Numbered from the stretch's first letter, positions 50,757 through 60,157 are shown. The stretch: 64,000 nucleotides of DNA from Clostridiales bacterium (GCA_012799455.1 JAAZLE010000091.1:2422-66421); one strand, 5' to 3'. Notes: a model not told the origin generated them from the letters alone. Numbers and translations: made by a program.

Positions 50757-52547
50757 ATGAAAAAAGCGGTAAAGGTTTTAGTACTTTCGTTATTATTGTG
50801 CACATTGGTTTTAACTGTATATGCTTGTACTCCTAATGTTGAAGAGGAGCCACAAGAAGCTACTGTTCAAATTAATAGCATCGAAGAATTCAACAGGATG
50901 AGGGATATGCTTGGGTATAAGTACTCCAAAACCACATTCGAGTTGACAACGGACATTGATTTATCAACGCAGAACTGGTTAGTACCTATCGGTCGTGGTG
51001 CAAGTCCTGAAGAGTCATTTATGGGATTTGTGGACGGACAGGGTCACACTATAACATATAGAATTGACATTCCTTTGTCGGACGCTAATGTTTTAGACGA
51101 GCCTATACACGAAAAAGCATACGGCTTATTTGGTTTTGCATGTAATGCCAAATTCAAAAATTTAAATATCAATGCGAACATCAATGTACCTACTGATGCG
51201 GAAAACACGACAGTAGGTGCTCTTTGTGCAGTCATTAATGGTGGGGCTAAAATATTAAATGTTAAGACAACGGGTGATTTAATAACCCAAATGCCTGAAT
51301 ATGAAAAAGGGGTAGGGCAAGAGCAGGTGTATAATTCAGAACGCAATAGCCTTATTGCTGGAGGTGTAGTGGGTTATATTAAGGGAAACTTTAATGCAGA
51401 TAACGTAAGCTCTGACATAAAAATCCAAGTTAATACGCAAGGAGTAAAAGGTGAGAGAAAAGATTTCTTACTAGATAACTTAATTGTTGGCGGAGTCATT
51501 GGAATGGCAAGAACTGAGGACATATCAATTCACAATAAGGTCGTAAATACAGCGATAAACTTAAGTTTTGCTGGGGAGATAAAAGCTGTTGGTTCCAAGG
51601 TTTTAACTGGCGGCATTTTTGGTGTGGTTCATTATACCGACATATCTAAAGTTAACATAGAACTTGAAAATAGTTTCGAAATGGAAGCTTTCAAAAGAAT
51701 TGGTTTTGGTGGTGTAACGGGGTTATTAGAAAATTCTAAACTAGAAGTTTCTAGTGTAAAGTTAGGAACTGCAGATTTTTATGAGGTTTCAGCAGGCGGC
51801 GATGTCTCTTTTGAATTAGGTGGTGCTGTTGGGAAAGCTAAAAATTCTGCAATTGATTATGTTTATGCGGAATCGGAATTATACATAGGCGATACAACAT
51901 ATTTTTATGCAGGTGGTATTGCAGGGGTTTGTATGGATTCTAAAATTTATAACGCTGCGGCAAAAGGCGGTTTGATACTTACTGATATCTATGATAATGA
52001 AAACTCCATTCTGGATAAAAACATTAAGTACAATAAGTCAGTTCAAGCAGACAGAATACAAATTGCGCAAAATACGAAAAACGGAGGGATTGCTGGGGAG
52101 ATATCGGGACAAAGCGTTCTTGGTGGAAAAATAGCAAGTGAATTTAAAGCTTTTTATCCTATAGTTGCAAATGCTACTAAAAGGTTGGAAATTATTACTC
52201 TTAAAAAAGGGGAAGATGTATTAAGAGCATGGATAAGGGATTCAAAATTTGACGAAGAGTTAATGGAAATAGAGTTTACTGACTCAAATGATGCTAAGGA
52301 CGATGAGCAACAATATACAATTAATCATGTACCATTTGTCAAAGAAGACGCTACTATCTTTTACCGTAATGAAAATGCAAAAGTCGTTATAGATAAAAAC
52401 AAGTGGGAGGAGCACAATCAGGAGTTCATAGTTGATGTGTGCACAAATATTTGTGCAGAAGGGAAATATGCAGAATGCGTTACGGTTGTTTTAGATACCG
52501 AGGAGTTTGAGGGTTTACAGGCTGAAATAATGGATAAGTTTAACTAA
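50757..52547 (+). CDS. Lipoprotein with about seven GLUG-like (GG-hydrophobic-x-G) repeats
   Basis: Signal peptide plus lipobox (LVLTVYAC). The repeated motifs are AGGVVGYIKGN, VGGVIGMART, TGGIFGVVHY, FGGVTGLLEN, LGGAVGKAKN, AGGIAGVCMD and NGGIAGEISG, each followed by an N..S/A...I-type beta strand, as in GLUG-motif surface proteins. Confidence 0.5.
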   Translation: MKKAVKVLVLSLLLCTLVLTVYACTPNVEEEPQEATVQINSIEEFNRMRDMLGYKYSKTTFELTTDIDLSTQNWLVPIGRGASPEESFMGFVDGQGHTITYRIDIPLSDANVLDEPIHEKAYGLFGFACNAKFKNLNINANINVPTDAENTTVGALCAVINGGAKILNVKTTGDLITQMPEYEKGVGQEQVYNSERNSLIAGGVVGYIKGNFNADNVSSDIKIQVNTQGVKGERKDFLLDNLIVGGVIGMARTEDISIHNKVVNTAINLSFAGEIKAVGSKVLTGGIFGVVHYTDISKVNIELENSFEMEAFKRIGFGGVTGLLENSKLEVSSVKLGTADFYEVSAGGDVSFELGGAVGKAKNSAIDYVYAESELYIGDTTYFYAGGIAGVCMDSKIYNAAAKGGLILTDIYDNENSILDKNIKYNKSVQADRIQIAQNTKNGGIAGEISGQSVLGGKIASEFKAFYPIVANATKRLEIITLKKGEDVLRAWIRDSKFDEELMEIEFTDSNDAKDDEQQYTINHVPFVKEDATIFYRNENAKVVIDKNKWEEHNQEFIVDVCTNICAEGKYAECVTVVLDTEEFEGLQAEIMDKFN

Positions 52548-52585
52548 TAGAAGGGGATTTAATTAGGAAAATAATCTAATTTGAA

Positions 52586-52615
52586 TTGACATTAAAAAAC
52601 TAAAAGATTGATAAT
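52586..52615 (+). promoter_or_regulatory. Candidate sigma-A promoter for thrS
   Basis: TTGACA (52586-52591), 18-nt spacer, GATAAT (52610-52615). Confidence 0.45.
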
Positions 52616-52729
52616 GTATTTATTAAACGTTTACTTAATTGTTTATGCGTACATTATCAATAACTTTATGAGTTGGGTACTAAACAAGGATTATCAAACA
52701 CTATCAAAATATAAGGTATGGAAAATAAG

Positions 52730-54661
52730 ATGAAAATAAAATTTGAAGGTAATGAATATAGTTTCGAGAGTGGGGTTGTTGCATTTGATGTAGCCAAAGA
52801 GTTGCTTCCTAATAATTTTAGGGAGGTATATCTTGTCAAAGTAAATGAGAAAATATTAGATTTATTTTCTCCCATTATGAGTAATTCTACAATCGAATTT
52901 TTAGGGTGGGATAGTGAAGAAGGTAAAAAGGCATATAGACATAGCTCTGCCCACATAATGGCACAAGCGGTTAAGAGATTGTATCCTGATGTAAAAGTGG
53001 CTATTGGTCCTGCAATACAGGATGGGTTTTACTATGATTTTGATTTCAAAACTCCAATAAAAACTGACAGTTTAGCAGAAATTGAGACAGAGATGAAAAA
53101 AATCATCAAGGAGAGATTGCCGATAGTTCGAAAGGAAATAAACCGAGATGAAGCTATAAAAATGTTTGAATCTCAAGGTGAAATATACAAGACTGAATTA
53201 ATAAGCGAACTTCCAAATGACGCAGTAATTAGTATATATACGCAAGGAGATTTTACAGATCTTTGTGCAGGCCCTCACCTTCCAAATACTAGCTACCTAA
53301 AAGCATATAAGCTGACATCGGTAACTGGTGCATACTGGCGTGGTAATGAAAAAAATAAGATGTTAACTAGAATATATGGTACATCTTTCGATACCAAAGA
53401 AAATCTGGAAAGTTATCTAGAGGCACAAAAAGAAGCAAGAGCTAGAGACCATAATAAGATTGGTAGAGAATTAGGCTTTTTTATGACGGATGAAAATATT
53501 GGCCAAGGGCTTCCTCTACTGATGCCTAAGGGCGCAAAACTATTTCAAATACTTTCTCGGTTTGTAGAAGACGAAGAGGCTAAAAGGGGATATTTACTTA
53601 CAAAAACTCCGTACATGGCAAAAAGCAATCTCTACAAAATATCCGGGCACTGGGATCATTATAGAGATGGAATGTTTGTCATTCCTGGGAAAGAAGAAAA
53701 TGAAGTTTTTGCATTAAGACCCATGACATGTCCATTCCAATATATTATTTACAACAATGGTTTAAAATCTTATAAAGAATTACCCAAAAGGTATGCAGAA
53801 ACATCTACGCTATTTAGAAATGAAAGCAGCGGAGAGATGCACGGACTTATAAGAGTTAGACAATTTACTATTTCAGAAGGTCACTTGATTTGTACACCCT
53901 CACAGCTTGAAGAGGAGTTTAAAGGATGTCTAGATTTAGCTAGGTTTATGTTAAAGGCATTAGGCTTAGACGAAGATGTTAGTTATCGATTTTCAAGGTG
54001 GGATCCGGATAATAAGGAAAAATATATTGATGATCCAGAAAAATGGGAACAAGCAGAAAATACTATGAAGGGTATACTAGACAAACTGGAACTAAAATAT
54101 ACAATTGCAAAAGACGAGGCAGCGTTTTATGGTCCTAAACTAGACATACAAATTAAGAATGTTTTCGGAAAGGAAGATACTATGATAACCATACAAGTAG
54201 ATATGTTTTTAGCTGAGAACTTTGATATGTCGTATGTAGATGAAAACGGAAATAAAGAACGCCCATATATCATTCACAGAACTTCACTTGGTTGTTATGA
54301 AAGAACGATGGCGCTTCTCATAGAAAAGCATAACGCAGCATTACCCGTATGGATGGCGCCAGAACAAGTTAGAGTGCTGAACCTCACAGAGAGAACTGAA
54401 GATGAAGTTATTGAGGTTTGTAGGAAATTAAAAGAAGATGGGATAAGGGCAGAGTATGATATCGCTAGCGAGAAGATAGGATATAAGATTAGAGCTGCAC
54501 AGTTAGAAAGAGTGCCATACATGATAATTATTGGAGATAAAGAAAAAGAAAGCGGGTTGATAAGCGTACGTTCTAGACGCGAAGGCGAGTTGGGAAATAT
54601 GACATATAATGAGTTTATAACAAAAATTAAGCAAGAAATTAAGGATTTTGTAATAGGCTAA
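52730..54661 (+). CDS. thrS: Threonyl-tRNA synthetase
   Basis: TGS domain start MKIKFEG, editing-domain HSSAHIMAQAV, class II motifs (FRNE.SG...GL.RVR.F.Q.D.H, GFYGPK-like AFYGPKLD), anticodon-binding C-terminus. ATG 52730 is preferred over 52718. Confidence 0.95.
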   Translation: MKIKFEGNEYSFESGVVAFDVAKELLPNNFREVYLVKVNEKILDLFSPIMSNSTIEFLGWDSEEGKKAYRHSSAHIMAQAVKRLYPDVKVAIGPAIQDGFYYDFDFKTPIKTDSLAEIETEMKKIIKERLPIVRKEINRDEAIKMFESQGEIYKTELISELPNDAVISIYTQGDFTDLCAGPHLPNTSYLKAYKLTSVTGAYWRGNEKNKMLTRIYGTSFDTKENLESYLEAQKEARARDHNKIGRELGFFMTDENIGQGLPLLMPKGAKLFQILSRFVEDEEAKRGYLLTKTPYMAKSNLYKISGHWDHYRDGMFVIPGKEENEVFALRPMTCPFQYIIYNNGLKSYKELPKRYAETSTLFRNESSGEMHGLIRVRQFTISEGHLICTPSQLEEEFKGCLDLARFMLKALGLDEDVSYRFSRWDPDNKEKYIDDPEKWEQAENTMKGILDKLELKYTIAKDEAAFYGPKLDIQIKNVFGKEDTMITIQVDMFLAENFDMSYVDENGNKERPYIIHRTSLGCYERTMALLIEKHNAALPVWMAPEQVRVLNLTERTEDEVIEVCRKLKEDGIRAEYDIASEKIGYKIRAAQLERVPYMIIIGDKEKESGLISVRSRREGELGNMTYNEFITKIKQEIKDFVIG

Positions 54662-54733
54662 CTACTTAGAATGTTAATAATCCATATAGCATTATTCTAT
54701 GAACTTATGTGATGTGGATTTAATAAAATTTAC

Positions 54734-54762
54734 TTGACAGTATATTCAAGTGATGATAATAT
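54734..54762 (+). promoter_or_regulatory. Candidate sigma-A promoter of the infC-rpmI-rplT operon
   Basis: TTGACA (54734-54739), 17-nt spacer, TAATAT (54757-54762) preceded by a TG at 54754-54755. Confidence 0.55.
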
Positions 54763-54767
54763 TGTAA

Positions 54768-54894
54768 AGCAAAGTAGAACATTTTCTCACCAGATGCAAT
54801 AGGGCAGTATGGTTTACAAGATTAAAATCAAAACTAAAATTTTTAGTTTCTTTTAATGAATAGGAGAGGTGTTTTACAAAAACACCTTTTTTTA
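54768..54894 (+). promoter_or_regulatory. infC operon leader ending in an intrinsic terminator/attenuator (probable L20-responsive leader)
   Basis: About 125-nt untranslated leader. It ends in an 8-bp hairpin GGTGTTTT-aca-AAAACACC (54868-54886) followed by T7 (54887-54893), located upstream of the infC SD. In Bacillus the infC-rpmI-rplT operon is controlled by an L20-binding leader with a terminator in this position. The L20-binding fold itself was not verified here. Confidence 0.5.
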
Positions 54895-54919
54895 TGGGAA
54901 AAAGATAAGGAGGACTAGT

Positions 54920-55435
54920 ACGTTCAAAGAGTTAAAAATTAATGAAGAAATACGCGTTAAAGAAGTAAGGCTTATTGATGTCGATGGGACTATGATAGGT
55001 ATAGTATCTATAAATGAGGCGCGAAAAATAGCTTATGATAAGCATTTGGATTTGGTGTTAATTGCACCTACTGCAAATCCCCCTGTTTGCAAAATCATGG
55101 ATTATGCAAAGTATCGTTATGAAAAAAGAAAACAGGCGAGGGAAGAACGCAAAAAACAAGCCACGGTTGAACAAAAGGAATTATGGTTATCTGCAGTCAT
55201 TGATGTAGGAGACTTAAAAACCAAAGCAAGAAAGGCTCGCGAGTTTATAGAAGACGGAAATAAAGTTAGATTAAGTATTCGCATGAGAGGCAGGCAGTTA
55301 GCTCACCCTGAACGCAGTATGGAAGTTATGGATAATTTCTTTGAATTAGTGCAGGATATTGCCCAAAAAGAGAAGGAACCAACTAGAGAAGGTAGAACAA
55401 TAGCAATGACAATTGCACCAGTAAAGACGAAATAG
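54920..55435 (+). CDS. infC: Translation initiation factor IF-3 (non-canonical start codon; exact start uncertain)
   Basis: The conserved core INEEIRVKEVRLID...LDLVLIAP.ANPPVCKIMDY is present. There is no in-frame ATG/GTG/TTG between the leader terminator and this core. Candidate starts are ATA 54905, ACG 54920 (6 nt after the AAGGAGG SD at 54907-54913) and ATT 54938. Confidence 0.8.
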   Translation, partial: TFKELKINEEIRVKEVRLIDVDGTMIGIVSINEARKIAYDKHLDLVLIAPTANPPVCKIMDYAKYRYEKRKQAREERKKQATVEQKELWLSAVIDVGDLKTKARKAREFIEDGNKVRLSIRMRGRQLAHPERSMEVMDNFFELVQDIAQKEKEPTREGRTIAMTIAPVKTK

Positions 55436-55453
55436 GCAAAGGAGGAACTAGTT

Positions 55454-55654
55454 ATGCCAAAGATGAAATCACATTCCGGAGCAAAGAAAAGATTTAGATT
55501 CACAGCTAGTGGAAAACTTAAGCATTCGGCGCAAAACAGAAGACATATTTTAACCAAGAAAGCAAGCAAGAGAAAAAGACAACTTCGTAGTACTAGATAT
55601 GTAGATATTACACAGGAAGCGACAATTGCAAAAATGATTGGTGGGCAAAAGTAG
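55454..55654 (+). CDS. rpmI: 50S ribosomal protein L35
   Basis: [18 protein letters not shown]......H....K, 66 aa. Confidence 0.95.
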   Translation: MPKMKSHSGAKKRFRFTASGKLKHSAQNRRHILTKKASKRKRQLRSTRYVDITQEATIAKMIGGQK

Positions 55655-55669
55655 TAGGAGGCACGCAAA

Positions 55670-56023
55670 ATGAGAATTAAAAGATCTGTAAATTCAGCGA
55701 AAAATCGCAAAAAGGTTTTAAAAAGAGCTAAAGGATATTTTGGTAGCAAAAGCAAACTATACAGAGTTGCCAATCAAGCAGTTATGAAGTCTATGCAATA
55801 TGCATATGTTGGTAGAAGGCTTAGAAAAAGAGATTTTCGTAGATTGTGGATTACTCGTATAAATGCAGCTGCAAGATTAAATGATCTATCATATAGCAAG
55901 TTCATGTATGGATTAAAATTAGCAGGAATAACATTAAACCGTAAGGTTTTAGCAGATATGGCAGTAAATGATGCACCAGCCTTTACAGGGCTATGTGAGA
56001 AAGCCAAAGCTGCAATAAAATAA
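55670..56023 (+). CDS. rplT: 50S ribosomal protein L20
   Basis: [22 protein letters not shown]....LYR.A...V, 117 aa. Confidence 0.95.
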   Translation: MRIKRSVNSAKNRKKVLKRAKGYFGSKSKLYRVANQAVMKSMQYAYVGRRLRKRDFRRLWITRINAAARLNDLSYSKFMYGLKLAGITLNRKVLADMAVNDAPAFTGLCEKAKAAIK

Positions 56024-56034
56024 AAACTAAACTT

Positions 56035-56068
56035 AAAAGGCTTCTCAAGCGGGAAGCCTTTTTTTTTA
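56035..56068 (+). terminator. Intrinsic terminator after rplT
   Basis: AAGGCTTC-tcaagcgg-GAAGCCTT followed by T9. Confidence 0.8.
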
Positions 56069-56092
56069 TTGATGAATCGTTAAGGGACTAAA

Positions 56093-56854
56093 ATGGAAGT
56101 TATTAGATCGCAAAACAATGAAAAGATAAAGTATGCTTCTTCTCTAAAAGAAAAAAAGAACCGGCAGAAAGGCGGGGTTTTTTTAATTGAGGGGAATAAT
56201 TTAATAAAAGACTTGAATGGAATGCTTATAGAGGATCTTTTCATACAGGAAAGTTTAATTAATAAAAGCAGAAGTATTGTTAGTCTAAAAGTAATGGAAA
56301 ATGAAAAGATAAGAGTGCACTGTGTTTCCGACAATGTTTTTTCTAAATTATCTGAAACGGTAACTTCTAAAGGGTTAGTAGCGATATGTAAAAAACCACC
56401 TGCTGTACATATAGGCGAGGGACATGTGGTGGTATTTGATAGAATTAGAGACCCAGGGAACATGGGGACGCTACTCCGGACGACACTAGCTATGGGAGTA
56501 AAAGATGCTGTACTTATAGACTGTGTAGACCCATATAGCGCTAAGGTAATTCGTGCTTCATTAGGTGCAGTGTTACATGTTAACATAATACAAACAGAAG
56601 ATTTATCAGAGGTTAGTAGAGAAATTTCTGGTAAAAAAATAGTGGTTTTAGATATGTCAGGTAAAAATATTTATGAGTTTGATGAAAAAGGTCCTTTTGT
56701 TTTAGTAGTAGGGAGTGAGGCATTTGGAGTGTCTCCCCAGATTAAAAAAGATGCCACACATATTGTATCCATTCCTATGCCAGGAGAAATGGAGAGTTTA
56801 AATGCTGCAATAAGTTTTTCTATAGCGCTTTCATATATTGTTTCGGGTATGTAG
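56093..56854 (+). CDS. TrmH/SpoU-family RNA 2'-O-methyltransferase (YsgA/RlmB-like)
   Basis: SpoU motifs: DRIRDPGNMGTLLRT, VVGSEAFGVS, IPMPGEMESLNAA. Conserved location downstream of rplT in Firmicutes. Confidence 0.8.
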   Translation: MEVIRSQNNEKIKYASSLKEKKNRQKGGVFLIEGNNLIKDLNGMLIEDLFIQESLINKSRSIVSLKVMENEKIRVHCVSDNVFSKLSETVTSKGLVAICKKPPAVHIGEGHVVVFDRIRDPGNMGTLLRTTLAMGVKDAVLIDCVDPYSAKVIRASLGAVLHVNIIQTEDLSEVSREISGKKIVVLDMSGKNIYEFDEKGPFVLVVGSEAFGVSPQIKKDATHIVSIPMPGEMESLNAAISFSIALSYIVSGM

Positions 56855-57083
56855 GTGATAAAATTTTAATCTATTGTAAACGCTATATGTTTTTATTTGA
56901 ATAACAATATTTTGCTTAAGTTTAATTGCGAACTTATGTATTTGTAAATCACGCTGAAAAGTTTAGATTTAAACGCTCTTACTATATAAACAACTAGATA
57001 ACATACAGTAGTTTATGTTATATTAGATAGGTTGAGATTTATGTTTTAAAGATTGAAAATATTGTTTTTAGTTGGAGGTTTGT

Positions 57084-57821
57084 ATGGCTGGACATAGTAA
57101 ATGGGCTAATATCAAACAAAAAAAAGGGAAGACTGATGCTGCAAGAGGTCGTATTTTTACAAAAATAGGTAGAGAAATTTCGGTTGCCGTAAAATCTGGT
57201 GGACCTGACCCAAATTCCAATCCAAGACTTCGAGATGTCATCACCAAGGCAAAACAAAATAATATGCCAAACGATAATATCATGAGGTCTATCAAAAAGG
57301 CTAGTGGAGAACTTGGCGCCGCTGAAGAGTTTGAGGAAATTGTTTATGAAGGTTACGGTGTGGGCGGAGTGGCTGTTATAGTATACACACTAACTGACAA
57401 TCGTAATAGAACAGCAGGGGAGGTAAGGCATTGTTTTGATAAATATGGTGGGTCGCTAGGCTCGACTGGCTGTGTTAGTTATATGTTCAAAAGAGTTGGA
57501 GTTGTTGTATGCGATAAGACCATGTCGGAAGATGAGATGTTGCTACTTGCGCTAGAAGCTGGTGCGGAGGATATGCAAACATTCGATGAAGTCTTTGAAA
57601 TTCATTGTGACCCAGGCAAGCTTAGTGAGGTTGCGGATAGTTTAGCAAACAGTGGTGCTGAAATTCTTTCTCAAGATGTGGATATGCTCCCAGATATGGA
57701 GGTTTCACCTGGGGAACATGAGGAAACTATAAAGAAGATGTTGGATGCACTTGATGAAAGTGATGATGTGCAAAATGTATATCACAATGCTATTTTGACA
57801 GAGGACGAAGAAGAAGATTAA
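57084..57821 (+). CDS. yebC: YebC/PmpR family transcriptional/translational regulator
   Basis: MAGHSKWANIKQKK...D..R...F.K, YEGYGVGGVA, acidic C-terminus. ATG 57084 has a GGAGG SD. Confidence 0.9.
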   Translation: MAGHSKWANIKQKKGKTDAARGRIFTKIGREISVAVKSGGPDPNSNPRLRDVITKAKQNNMPNDNIMRSIKKASGELGAAEEFEEIVYEGYGVGGVAVIVYTLTDNRNRTAGEVRHCFDKYGGSLGSTGCVSYMFKRVGVVVCDKTMSEDEMLLLALEAGAEDMQTFDEVFEIHCDPGKLSEVADSLANSGAEILSQDVDMLPDMEVSPGEHEETIKKMLDALDESDDVQNVYHNAILTEDEEED

Positions 57822-57867
57822 TACACGGCTTTTTAGAGCATAAGATTTTATTTTAGGAAATGATGAA

Positions 57868-59118
57868 ATGGAAGCAGAAGTTAAAAATATTTGTAAAAAA
57901 GTAAAAGAAGCAGCCAACAACTTTGCAGGAGTGAATGAGCTTACTAAGAACGCAGTGTTATTAACTGTTAAAGAGTTACTTTTAACAAATGTCGATAAGA
58001 TAATTGATGCCAATAAAGTAGACATTGTTCTAGCTTTAAAACAAGGAAGAAATCAGGCTTTTATTGATAGGCTTACCTTAACGCCTGAAAGAATCAAATT
58101 AATGGCGGATGGGCTAGATGCTATTGTGGCGTTAGGAGATCCTGTGGGGGAAGTCACGGAAGAATATGTGCTGCCGAATGGACTAAAAGTATATAAAATA
58201 AGAGCACCGTTAGGAGTTGTAGGTATAATATTTGAGGCAAGACCAAACGTTGCAGTTGATGCTGCGGCTCTTTGTATAAAAAGCGGAAATGGAGTTGTTT
58301 TGAGAGGAAGTAGCGATAGCTCAGAAAGTGTTAACGCTCTAGTGGGATACATAAAAGAAGGGCTTTCCAAACATGGTTTGTCTCCCAATCTGGTCGGTAA
58401 CATAGAGCCGAAGGATAGATCTACATCTGTTGAAATGTTAAAACAAGAGCACTCCATAGATGTAGTAATACCGAGGGGCGGAGAGTCTCTAAAAAAAGTA
58501 GTGTTAGAAAATGCTACTATGCCTGTAATAGCATCTTCAGGTGGAAATTGTCATATATATGTTGCAAGTAGTGCAGATATTGATGTGGCAAATGAGATTA
58601 TCTTAAATGCAAAAACTAGTAGGCCTGCTGTATGTAATGCTTTAGAAACTTTGTTAATAGATATAAAAATAGCTGAAAAAGCACTCCCTATGCTTTGTGC
58701 AAATCTTGCTAAAAGGGGTGTAGAGATAAGACTAACAAAAGAGGCAGCCAAGTATTACAAAGGCGATAAAATTGTCGATATGAATGAAATGTACATAGAA
58801 TACGATGACTTGATTGTTAAAGTTAATGTTGTACAAGACATAAATGACGCAATTGCGCACATCAACGAGTATGGGACTCATCATAGTGAAGCCATTATTT
58901 CTACAAATGAATTGGAAATTGAAAAATTTATGAAAGAAGTAGATAGTTGTGCGTTATATGCCAATGCCTCCACAAGATTTACGGATGGATTTGAGCTCGG
59001 TTTGGGAGCAGAAATGGGTATAAGTACGCAAAAGTTACATGTAAGAGGACCGATAGGGTTAAAAGAACTGACTTCTGTGAAGTACTGCGTATACGGTGAG
59101 GGTCATATAAGAAAATAA
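57868..59118 (+). CDS. proA: Gamma-glutamyl phosphate reductase
   Basis: Aldehyde-dehydrogenase-like ProA pattern: IFEARPNV, VLRGSS, IPRGG..L, the catalytic-Cys context PAVCNALETLL, and NASTRFTDGFE.GLGAEMGISTQKLHVRGP. Confidence 0.9.
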   Translation: MEAEVKNICKKVKEAANNFAGVNELTKNAVLLTVKELLLTNVDKIIDANKVDIVLALKQGRNQAFIDRLTLTPERIKLMADGLDAIVALGDPVGEVTEEYVLPNGLKVYKIRAPLGVVGIIFEARPNVAVDAAALCIKSGNGVVLRGSSDSSESVNALVGYIKEGLSKHGLSPNLVGNIEPKDRSTSVEMLKQEHSIDVVIPRGGESLKKVVLENATMPVIASSGGNCHIYVASSADIDVANEIILNAKTSRPAVCNALETLLIDIKIAEKALPMLCANLAKRGVEIRLTKEAAKYYKGDKIVDMNEMYIEYDDLIVKVNVVQDINDAIAHINEYGTHHSEAIISTNELEIEKFMKEVDSCALYANASTRFTDGFELGLGAEMGISTQKLHVRGPIGLKELTSVKYCVYGEGHIRK

Positions 59119-59168
59119 TTAAAGATTTTACTTTAGAGGCTGGAAAAGATAAAGGAGTATGTACGTAA

Positions 59169-60143
59169 ATGAGAAAGATAGCAATATTGACAAGCGGTGG
59201 GGACGCCCCAGGAATGAACGCTGCAATTAGAGGCGTAGTAAGATGCGGTAATGCTGCAAATATAGAAGTATATGGCGTGGAAAGAGGGTATGAAGGCTTA
59301 TTAAGAGGAACTCTTAGAAGAATGGATAGCCGTTCAGTATCTGATATTATTCAGAAAGGTGGTACTATTTTAAAAACAGCTAGAAGCAGTGACTTTGAGT
59401 CAGAAGCGGGTGTAAGGCAATCTGGTGACGTGCTTAGGGCATATGGAGTAGAAGCATTAGTAGTGTTAGGCGGGGATGGATCTTTTAAGGGGATGCGTGA
59501 TATGTTTAATATTTGTGGAATTCCATGCGTAGGAATCCCTGCAACAATTGATAACGATTTAGCATATACAGATTATACTTTAGGATTTGATACCGCTGTT
59601 AACACGGTAGTAAATGCAATTAATAACTTAAGGGATACAATGACTTCGCATGACAGGGCATGTATAATAGAAGTTATGGGGAGGAAATGCGGAGATATAG
59701 CATTATACTCTGGCGTTGCAGGAGGCGCGGAAAGTATAGTAGTTCCAGAACATAAACATCTTGTAGAAGACATAACCAACAAGATGAAGAAAAATGCAAT
59801 TAAAGGTAAAGTTTCTGACATAATAGTTTTAGCAGAAGGAGTGTGTTCTTGTGAGGAACTAAAGAGCCAGATTTTAGAGAAAATGGGCAAAAACAGTGTT
59901 GTGATAAGGACTGTTAAATTGGGTTATGTGCAAAGAGGAGGCTCTCCTTCAATGAGAGATAGGGTTTTTGCAGCAAGGTGTGCTGATAGGGCCATCAACC
60001 TTTTGGACTCAAATTATAATGATTGTAGAGTTGTAGGAATACAAAACGGACAAATGATAGATATGGAAATAAATGAAGCTCTGAATATGAAGAATGTTTT
60101 TGACGAAGAACTGTATAAAATAGCAAATAAATTATCATTTTAA
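59169..60143 (+). CDS. pfkA: ATP-dependent 6-phosphofructokinase
   Basis: ILTSGGDAPGMNAAIR, GGDGS (aa 101-105), PATIDNDL, MGR.CGD, GYVQRGG. 324 aa. Confidence 0.9.
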   Translation: MRKIAILTSGGDAPGMNAAIRGVVRCGNAANIEVYGVERGYEGLLRGTLRRMDSRSVSDIIQKGGTILKTARSSDFESEAGVRQSGDVLRAYGVEALVVLGGDGSFKGMRDMFNICGIPCVGIPATIDNDLAYTDYTLGFDTAVNTVVNAINNLRDTMTSHDRACIIEVMGRKCGDIALYSGVAGGAESIVVPEHKHLVEDITNKMKKNAIKGKVSDIIVLAEGVCSCEELKSQILEKMGKNSVVIRTVKLGYVQRGGSPSMRDRVFAARCADRAINLLDSNYNDCRVVGIQNGQMIDMEINEALNMKNVFDEELYKIANKLSF

Positions 60144-60157
60144 TTAAGGAGGATAAT

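Noticed and set aside
54869-54919. GTG 54869 as the infC start (the N-terminal extension MFYKNTFFYGKKIRRTST given in the ORF track).
   Set aside because: The GTG is inside the stem of the leader terminator hairpin and directly abuts its supposed SD. The extension has no counterpart in IF-3 proteins, and a perfect AAGGAGG lies downstream of it.
55303-55773. 156-aa minus-strand ORF from the track, overlapping infC/rpmI/rplT. The same applies to other long antisense ORFs, e.g. 56080-56586, 43037-43480, 32705-33136, 25386-25823, 2409-2750, 3826-4179, 9508-9855, 21187-21582 and 58053-58457.
   Set aside because: Each lies entirely antisense to a gene with unmistakable family motifs. Their translations are low-complexity (S/L/I/F-rich), as expected for the reverse frame of AT-rich coding DNA. 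None has a credible SD or a recognisable domain.
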